From positions 1-51,611 of the forward strand of contig NW_021834215.1 in the NCBI RefSeq assembly GCF_006345805.1: 51,611 nucleotides of DNA. The letters are read 5' to 3'. This DNA is from Octopus sinensis. Taxonomy: Eukaryota. This document shows, in pieces, positions 1-10,600 of the stretch. Positions within the stretch are counted from its first letter, which is position 1, and each line of letters begins with the position of its first letter. Under the pieces are notes generated by a model. That model did not search any database and was not told the DNA's origin. It was given only the letters and a program-made list of their open reading frames with translations. The position numbers and the translations under genes were made by a program.

Positions 1-51
1 CTACGCTCTTCGACAGAAAGATACAAAGAAAAAAACAAGGAGAGAAAAAAA

Positions 52-92
<41 letters not shown>

Positions 93-667
93 GGAAAGTT
101 TACGAAAATAAACAAAAGACGAAGGCAGGTGAGGACAAACAAACAAATGTATTAGTATAGCGCTCAGGAATAGAAAAAGTCTTTTACATTGAGCTACGCT
201 CTTCGACAGAAAGATACACAGAAAAAGAACAGGATAGAACAAGGAGAGAAAAAAATGAATATATATAATATATATATATATCTATATATATATATATCGA
301 TATATATATATATATATATACATATATATATTATATAAGGGAAAGTTACGAAAAAAAACAAAAGACGAAGGCAGGTGGAGGACAAAAAAACAGATGTATT
401 AGTATAGAGCTCAGGAAAGAAAAAGTCTTTTACGTTTCGAGCCTACGCACTTCTACAGAAAGATACACAGAAAAAAATGAATATATATATATATATATAA
501 AGGGAAAGTTTACGAAAATAAACAAAAGACGATGGCAGGGGAGTACAAACAAACAAATGCATTAGTATAGCGCTCAGGAATAGAAAAAGTCTTTTACATT
601 TTGAGCCTACGCTCTTCGACAGAAAGATACACAGAAAAAAACAAGGGAGAAAAAAATGAATATATTA

Positions 668-715
<48 letters not shown>

Positions 716-1054
716 CATATATATATATATAAAGGGAAAGTTTACGAAAAAAAACAAAAGACGAAGGCAGGTGGAGGACAAACAAACAGATGTATTAGTA
801 TAGAGCTCAGGAATAGAAAAAGTCTTTTACGTTTCGAGCCTACGCACTTCTACAGAAAGATACACAGAAAAAAATGAATATAGATATAATATATATAAAG
901 GGAAAGTTTACGAAAATAAACAAAAGACGATGGCAGTGGGTAAAACAAACAATGCATTAGTATAGCGCTCAGGAATAGAAAAAGTCTTTTACATTTTGAG
1001 CCTACGCTCTTCGACAGAAAGATACACAGAAAAAAACAAGGAGAGAAAAAAATG

Positions 1055-1087
<33 letters not shown>

Positions 1088-1394
1088 TATATATATATAT
1101 ATATATATAACGGGAAGCTTTATGAAAATAAACAAAAGACGAAGGCAGGTGGAAAACAAACAAACAATTGTATTAGTATGGCGCTCAGGAAATATAAATA
1201 AAACAAGTCTTTAACGTTTCGAGCCTACGCTCTTCAACAGAAAGATACACAGAGAAAAAAAACACAGAAAGAAGGAGAGAAAAAAAATGCGTGCAGTAAC
1301 TAACGAATCAACAGGAATAGAAAAAGTCTTTTACATTTTGAGCCTACGCTCTTCGACAGAAAGATACACAGAAAAAAACAAGGAGAGAAAAAAA

Positions 1395-1431
<37 letters not shown>

Positions 1432-1585
1432 GGAAAGTTTACGAAAATAAACAAAAGACGATGGCAGGTGGAGTACAAACAAATGCATTAGTATAGCGCT
1501 CAGGAATTGAAAAAGTCTTTTATGTTTTGAGCCTACGCTCTTCGACAGAAAGATACACAGAAAAAAACAAGGAGAGAAAAAAATG
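1..1585 (-). repeat. Tandem array (about 9 units, 120-250 bp, with variable (TA)n), each unit carrying a hammerhead-ribozyme-like motif on the minus strand
   Basis: The ctacgc anchor recurs at about 1, 194, 444, 608, 840, 1004, 1226, 1345 and 1535; minus strand reads TCTTT-CTGTYGA-A-GAGC-GTAG-GCTC-GAAA-CG-TH-AAAGA. Confidence 0.85.
1208..1245 (-). ncRNA. Best-preserved minimal type I hammerhead-like motif of the array (A6U core variant)
   Basis: Stem I UCUUU/AAAGA, CUGUUGA, extra A, stem II GAGC/GCUC, GAAA, CG, UU cleavage site. Confidence 0.55.
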
Positions 1586-1654
1586 CGTGTAGTAGCTAAC
1601 GATCTATCATGGCGTCCGAGAGATGAGCAGTCAGACATACAGATGACAGGCAAA

Positions 1655-1708
1655 CAGACAGATAGGTAGATAGATAAATAGATAGATAGATGGACTGATT
1701 GATTGATG

Positions 1709-1747
<39 letters not shown>

Positions 1748-1799
1748 GATAGATAGATAGATAGATAGATAGATGGACTGATTGATTGATGGATGGATG

Positions 1800-1832
<33 letters not shown>

Positions 1833-2105
1833 ATAGATAGATGGACTGATTGATGGATGGATGGATAGATAGATGGATAGATAGATAGATAGATGGATGT
1901 GCAGATGGACAGGGAGACAGACAGTTAGACAGATAGATGGATTGATAATTAGATAGATAAATAGATAGATAGATAGATAGAGAGAGATACATACATAAAT
2001 AGACAGCGAGATGGATTGGCAGATGAACAGACAGACACATAGATCACTAGACAGACCAACAGATCAAGAGAAAGATCAATAGACAGACAAACAGACAGAC
2101 AGAAA
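1655..2105. repeat. (GATA)n/(GATG)n/(GACA)n compound microsatellite
   Basis: Direct reading. Confidence 0.9.
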
Positions 2106-2414
2106 GATAAGTTTTTTTATTGGCCACACAGAGCTGCACACAGATGGGACAAGTTACAAGGTAGAGCTTTTCTTTTGGGGGATGAAAAAAAAAAAGGTGG
2201 CGTAGGTTTTCGATCAAAAGGGATCGTAAAAGGGAAAAAGGAAAAAAAGAAACAAAAGAAAAGAAAAAAGAAAAAAGAAGAAAAAAGAGGAAAAAAGGGA
2301 AGAGGAAAAAAACCGATCAATATGGATTGATTGATAGAAAGACAGACCATTTGAGAGAGGAACAGACAGGTAGATAGGTGGATCAATAAAAAGATATATA
2401 GTGGGGACATTTAC

Positions 2415-2590
2415 CATCAGATAATCTGTCATATCTGGCCTCCATTTGATGTTAGAGTGCAAAATCTCATTATTGAGACGGAACTGCATATCAACGTCTG
2501 TCCGATCAGTTTTGGCTTGAGATGCTTTCACTATGAACAGTTTATCACTCATCACATTTGCATCGATCAGGTACGACTTAGCAGGGTCTT
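2415..2590 (-). CDS. LLTP exon 15 (176 nt, 1-0): [10 protein letters not shown]...[11 protein letters not shown]; gene continues beyond window
   Basis: ctttcag|AA, ATG|gtaaat; no stop codon. Confidence 0.88.
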
Positions 2591-3259
2591 CTGAAAGGTG
2601 ATAATAATGGTAAAGACATAAAAGATATATATAAAAAGGGATATTTGTTCATCTTTATATATAAAAGTAAGGTTGTGTGCTGTCTGTCTCCTACGATTTA
2701 GATTCCTAACTACTCCCACATTTTGCGGTGCAGTTTAATCAAAACCGGATATCTTATAGTCGTGATTCATATCGAGCCCTTCTGGGTATTGGCGCGTGTC
2801 TACGATGAGTCCACGATTTAAAAAAAATTTTACCATCAATTTTTCCCATTTTTAATGCATTTTCGGCATATATAAGGGAAGTAATTCTCTAAAAATTTAT
2901 TATTAAATCTCAGAACGTAAAAGGCTACAGTAACACCCACCCCTTTGTGGTTAGCCATATTGAGATGGCTATTATACTTTACATCTCTAAAAATGCTTAT
3001 ATAGTTATTTCCCTTACAAACCCGAGCAACGCCGGGCGATACTGCTAGTTTGTTATAAATCTTGAATTATGCTTGCACTGATGATTAAAATTATGAAATC
3101 ACATGGACTGCAGCTAAATTCTGTTTTTAAATGACTTGCTTCGAGAGTTGCATTCGGTACGATGTGTTTATTTGTTTTGGTAGTTTTCACTTTATATAGC
3201 CACCACATGTGTTTTTCCACTAAAATATTTTTTACCCTATATCCATATCTATCTATCTA

Positions 3260-3318
<59 letters not shown>

Positions 3319-3329
3319 GTTTATCTATC

Positions 3330-3393
<64 letters not shown>

Positions 3394-3394
3394 T

Positions 3395-3425
<31 letters not shown>

Positions 3426-3463
3426 CTGTTTATCTATCCTATCTATCTATCTATCTATCTATA

Positions 3464-3520
<57 letters not shown>

Positions 3521-3543
3521 GTCTATCTATCTGTTTATCTATC

Positions 3544-3579
<36 letters not shown>

Positions 3580-3580
3580 A

Positions 3581-3621
<41 letters not shown>

Positions 3622-3632
3622 GTTTATCTATC

Positions 3633-3694
<62 letters not shown>

Positions 3695-3710
3695 GTTTAT
3701 CTATCCTATC

Positions 3711-3794
<84 letters not shown>

Positions 3795-4653
3795 ATATCT
3801 ATATATATATATATATAATTAATCAATATAGGGTGGCAAAAAATTTCGCAGAATTTTTTTGCCACCAGCGGCCTAGTGGGAAAAAATTTAAATAGTCATA
3901 GACCATTTATAAATTCAACAGCAAAATCAAGGAACGGCCATAATAGGAACGGCCATTAATTAATTAATGTTGTTTTGCGGTTGAAGCCTTGGCTGTTATT
4001 TCTAGTGGGTGAATGGCCTATTATGGCCGTTCCTTGATTTTGCTATATATATATATATATATAGATAGATAGATAGATACATATAGATACACAAGACATG
4101 TTTCAGTTTTATTATGACTTTTTTTTTATTAAAGTATGTTATTTACCAAACTTGGTGAATAGGTCATTTGAGGGTGTATGGTGGGGGATGGGGTGGGGTT
4201 TGATGCTCAAGATGACTTTTGGTCGACATGGCTGTGGGAAAACAGAAGAGGAATTTCCTAAGAACGTACGACTTACGTTTGTCATAATCAATCTTCATTT
4301 TCATGCTCTTCCTCGAAGGGGAGATGATCATGTAGCTTTCCATGGTGCTCTGGTCCCCTTCTCTCTTAACGAACGAGAACTCGTAATCCTTGTCCATTCT
4401 TGTGTTGAAGATCCACCAGACATTCTTCAGCGGACTCCGCATCTGGAAGAAAAACAAAGTAAACGAGAATCAGTAAACGAGAGGCGCAAGAGTGGCTGTG
4501 TGGTAAGTAGCTTGCTTACCAACCACATGATTCCGGGTTCAGTCCCACTGCGTGGCACCTTGGGTAAGTGTCTTCTACTATAGCCCCAGGCTGACCAATG
4601 CCTTGTGAGTGGATTTGGTAGACGGAAACTGAAAGAAGCCTGTCGTATATATG

Positions 4654-4690
<37 letters not shown>

Positions 4691-7600
4691 TTGTGTGTCT
4701 GTGTTTGTCCCCCTAGCATTGCTTGACAACCGATGCTGGTGTGTTTACGTCCCCATCACTTAGCGGTTTGGCAAAAGAGACCGATAGAATAAGTACTGGG
4801 CTTACAAAAATAAGTCCTGGGTCGATTTGCTCGATTAAAGGCGGTGCTCCAGCACGGCTGCAGTCAAATGACTGAAACAAGTAAAAGAGTAAAAGAGGGT
4901 TGCCATCCTCCTCCTCCCCCCTTCCTCCTCCTCCTCCTCCTTTCCCCCTGCTCCCCTCCTCCTTTCTCCTCCTCCTCCCTTCCCCCTCCTCCTCCTCCGC
5001 TTCTGCATCATCGTCATCTTCATCATCATCATTGGCATCATCATTATCATCATCACCATTGTTGTCACCATCATCATCTTCAGCATCATCATCATCTCAT
5101 CACTATCATCATCATTGTCATCATACTCATCATTGTCATCTTCTTTACTCACAAGTGGCCAAATTACTCACCAAGGTTAAAATCACATCTTACCAGGGAT
5201 CAAATCTTTAATCATTAGGGTTAATCATTAGTCACCGGGGTTAATCATTAATCTCCAGGTGTCAAAATTGTACTCATCAAAAATCAAACATTACTCACCA
5301 AGGGTCAAACTATGTCTTACCAGTGATCAAATCATTAACCACTAGGATTAATCATTAATCACTGGGTTTAATCATTACTCACCAAGGGTCAAAACCATCA
5401 GGGATTAAACATTATTCACCTATGGTCAAAATTTGTCTTCCTAGAGATCATTCATTAATCACTGTGGTTAATCCTTAATCACTAGTATTAATCATTACTC
5501 AGCAGGGGTCAAAACCTTACTTGTCAGGGATCAGAAGTACTCAGAAAGTGTCAAAATCTTTCTTTCTAGGGATGAAATCATTAATCACAAGGGTTAATCA
5601 TTAATCATATGAGTTACTCATTATTCATCAGAGTCCAAATATTACTCACCAGGGACCAAACATTAAACATCGTAATTCAAATGTCAAAACATCAATAATC
5701 AGAAATGAAAACATTAATCCCTTGCATCAATCATTACTCACCAACAGAGGTGGGAGTTAGTGACAAGCATTCATTACTCACCGTTATATTGAATTCCCGA
5801 GCCATAGGGTTGTAGTTGCCATTCAATGCAAACGTTCGCTCATCACCGCGGGCAGAGATGTATGAAAATTCAATCCCCAAGTTGGCTGGACTTAGGGCCC
5901 GTAGCTCCAGGTTCACACCATATTTGAGTAGGGGTCGATTGGCTGATACAAACAGCCGATATCCGCCACCATACCTGGTGTTCTCCCTCATAAGTCCAAA
6001 CGCCATTTCTGCGGATTTCTTCGGATCGTGATCAATGTTGATAATGGATTTCACATAAAACAGCTTATCAGTACGGCCCCAGGTCACGTCGTTGGTCCAC
6101 TGGATTATCTAGGGACCAGACAGAAGGAAAGAGAAAGAAAAAAATAGGATATATAATTTATATATAAAAGCGAGGTTGTGTGCTGTCTGTCTCCTACGAT
6201 TTAGATTCCTAACTACTCCACCAGATCCTGTATTTTCTACCTTCCTTGGTCTCATTAGTGATGGACACTCAACCAATAGAGATAGCAGCAATCTGTCCCT
6301 ACTAGAGATATCTTTATATATAAAAGTAAGGTTGTGTGTCTGTCTACTCCGATTTAGATTCCTAACTACTCCCACATTTTGCGATGCAGTTTAACCAAAA
6401 CCGGGTATCTTATAGTCGTGATTCATATCGAGCCCTTCTGGGTATTAGCGCGCGTCTATGATGAGTCTACGATTTTAAAAATAATTTACCATCATTTTCC
6501 CCCATTTTTAATGCATTTTTTTCGCTATTATATAAGGGAAGTAACTCTCTAAAAATGTATTATTAAATCTCAGAACGTAAAAAGCTACATTACCCCCCCC
6601 CCCTTGTGGTTAGCCATATTGAGATGGCTATTATACTTTACATCTCTAAAAATGCTTATATAGTTATTTCCCTTACAAACCCGAGCAACGCCGGGCGATA
6701 CTGCTAGTAATATATATAGGTATATATGTATGTATGTGTGTGTTGTGGGTATTGTGTGTGTGTATGTGTGTGTGTGTGTGTGTCTGCGTTTGCCATATTC
6801 TGAACGCCTTACTTCCCTGGGCATGGATACATTGAAACTCCGACGTCTGGTAGCTGACTTGGCAGACACCCATAAAATTATCAACCATCTTACAAACAAT
6901 AACTCTGAGCACCTTTTCGAACTCCAACCGTCTAACACCCGGACATATTTACAAGTCAGAAAAAGAAAACAGCACAGCTCCCATGACTTTCGGAAACATT
7001 TTTTCACGCTGAGAGTTGCTGAAGCATGGAACAGACTGCCGGCATCAGTTGTTAGTTATTGGAGCACTGCATCCTTCAAAACTTCCATGCTTCCTGAGAT
7101 TCACACCAACACTACACCTGATTTTCTCCCCTCCATACACACACAAGCATGTATCTGACTCATACACTGTTCACTCCCCAGACATTTGTACATTACTGCA
7201 TATGCAGACACCCATAAAATTATCAACCATCTTACAAACAATAACTCTGAGCACCTTTTCAAACTCCACCCGTCTAACACCCGTGGATATGTTTACAAAG
7301 TCAGAAAACAGCACAGCTCCCATGACTTTAGGAAACATTTTTTCACGCTGAGAGTTGCTGAAGCATGGAACAGACTGCCGGCATCAGTTGTTAGTTATTG
7401 GAGCACTGCATCCTTCAAAACTTCCATGCTTCCTGAGATTCACCACACTACACCTGATTTTTCCCCTCCATACACACACAAGCATGTATCTGACTCATAC
7501 ACTGTTCAAACCCAGACATTTGTACATTACTGCATATGCAGACACCCATAAAATTATCAACCATCTTACAAACAATAACTCTGAGCACCTTTTCAAACTC

Positions 7601-10600
7601 CACCCGTCTAACACCCGTGGATATGTTTACAAAGTCAGAAAACAGCACAGCTCCCATGACTTTAGGAAACATTTTTTCACGCTGAGAGTTGCTGAAGCAT
7701 GGAACAGACTGCCGGCATCAGTTGTTAGTTATTGGAGCACTGCATCCTTCAAAACTTCCATGCTTCCTGAGATTCACCAACACTACACCTGATTTTCTCC
7801 CCTCCATACACACACAAGCATGTATCTGACTCATACACTGTTCACTTCCCAGACATTTGTACATTACTGCATATGCAGACACCCATAAAATTATCAACCA
7901 TCTTACAAACAATAACTCTGAGCACCTTTTCAAACTCCACCCGTCTAACACCCGTGGATATGTTTACAAAGTCAGAAAACAGCACAGCTCCCATGACTTT
8001 AGGAAACATTTTTTCACGCTGAGAGTTGCTGAAGCATGGAACAGACTGCCGGCATCAGTTGTTAGTTGTTAGAGCACTGCATCCTTCAAAACTTCCATGC
8101 TTCCTGAGATTCGCCAACACTACACCTGATTTTCTCCCCTCCATACACACGCAAGCATGTATCTGACTCATACACTGTTCACTTTCCAGACATTTGTACA
8201 TTACTGCATGTACTTTATATGCACTTTCTGACAAGTTGTGGTGCACCTGAGCACTGTATACAATAATTTCATTATTATTATTATTATTATTTTATTATTA
8301 TATATATATATTTATTTATAAAAATTTTTTGCGTAATGAGATAAAAAACCAAGGCTGTGTAGATATTAGAACATTTATAGATAGAAGGTCTTACAGCTGT
8401 TTCCAGGATATTTATTAATTATATCCCTTCATCGGAGGGATGTGTGTGTATATGTGTGTGTGTATATATATATGTATATATATATATATATATATGTGTG
8501 TGTTTGTATATGTATATATACATGTGTGTGTATATATGTCTAATAAATTGTATTTAAGACAAACCTCTGCTGATGATTTATAGATGTCTATGTAAGTAAA
8601 ATTACATATTACATTAGTAATGAAACAATTGTTCAGGGTCAATCTATTTATTTGTTATGTTTCACTTTCCTTCCGTTAAATATAATGTTATTTCTACTTG
8701 GAAACATCTTTTCTGTCGCTATACTAACGGAGCTATTTTTAGCACTAGAGCTATCCACATAGTGGTAACTCTCTAATAATTTATGTATAAATTTGTATTA
8801 TCTCCCTAGTTTTTTGTGCTAAGCCACTTGGTGTTAAATTAATGGTATTATTAAATTAATATCAATTTTTCACCCTCATTTATAAATTTATATATATATA
8901 TACACAAAAATAAGCAACAAGAATGAATCCGGTAATTTTGTACAATTGTTTCATACTACAACATTTTATTAAAAGCTGTAAATATTACAGCAGATTTACA
9001 GCTTTTAATAAAAGGTTGTAGTGCAAAACAATTGTACCAAATTACCGGAGTCATTCTTGTTGCTTATTTTTTATTATAATCACCCCGCATATTTTTATGG
9101 GTAACACCATAAAAAATTCTGGTGCATCTAAATTAAGTGCCATATTCATTTGAATCTAAATTGTTGCTGAACTTATATATATATATATATATATATATAG
9201 CACCGCCTCGTCTGGCTTCCGTGCCGATGGCACATAAAATACACCAATCTGACCGTGGCCGTTGCCAGCCTCGCCTGGCACCTGTGCAGGTGGCACGTAA
9301 AAAGCACCCACTACACTCACGGAGTGGTTGGCGTTAGGAAGGGCATCCAGCTGTAGAAACACTGCCAGATAAGACTGGAGCCTGGTGCAGCCTTCTGGCT
9401 TCCCAGATCCCCGGTCGAACCGTCCAACCCATGCTAGCAGGGAGAACGGACGTTAAACGATGATGATGATGATGATGACACACACACACAAACACATATA
9501 TACACACACACACAAACACACATATATATATTATCCTTTGTGCTTGACCCTTCTCTTTGTGTTTTCAACAACTAGCCACAAGGCTTTTCTCTCTCCACTT
9601 TGGAGAGAGGGTATTAGCCAGAGTGGGATGCTAGTGGTGGTGGCGGTAGTGGTGGAAGTGGTGGTGGTGGGGGTTGTGAAAGTGGTGATGGTAGTAGCGG
9701 GGATAGTGGTGGTAGCAGTGGTGGTGATGGTGGTGGTGATGGTGGTGGTGATGGTGGCAGTGTTGGTGAAGATAATAGTGGTGATAGTGATGGTAGTAGT
9801 GTTGGTGTTAGTAGCGGTGGTGGTTGTGTTGGTAACAGGACAGATTTGCTTCAAATAAAACCCAAAGAATCACCTCACCTTTTTCGCTGGCATAAGATTG
9901 ATCGCAACATCCGAACTAAAAGAACCGTCACGCTTCATGGTATGAATAGTCAGCATCAATTTCTTGTTGTCGTCTCGATCCGCATCCCATAGGAAGGCCA
10001 CCATAAACGGTCGCGTTGTCTTGGTGTCATCGAAGCCTACTACGAATTTCAAGATTCGCTGAGGATAGAAAATTTTGAGGTAAACCTCCCGTCGGATGCC
10101 ACCGATGGCAAAAGTGATCTTTTTGTCCTTTTCAATGTCCCAGTGGATGTTTGTCAGTATCTGTGCCATTTCTCTGGAAGTTTTCATTTCAACAGAGAAA
10201 CCAAAACTGCGAGCAGGGTGGTTGATTGTCACTTCAAGCTTCTTCATGTTGTATTTATTGAGGAACTGAATATCAGCGACAAATTTACTGATTTTATCAT
10301 CTTTGTCCCAGTTGCATTTGATTTTGGCAAGATACTTATCTTTTAGGGATTTCAACTCGATTTCATATTCCATTCTGTGGTAGACAAACGAAGCAGAAAA
10401 GCTGGAACTGACTTGTTTGAAGTTGGCGTCGAAAACTTTCCCAGGCATCACTTCCTCAGGGAGTTCCACATGGAGACTCCCAATCCTTTCAGGCATATCT
10501 GGATCAAGTCTTACCTTGAAGATGTACTTCTTCGATTTGTTCTCACGGGTCACGACCACGTCTGCCTTGTACATGGGTTGCAAGGCGGTGCTTATATCTA

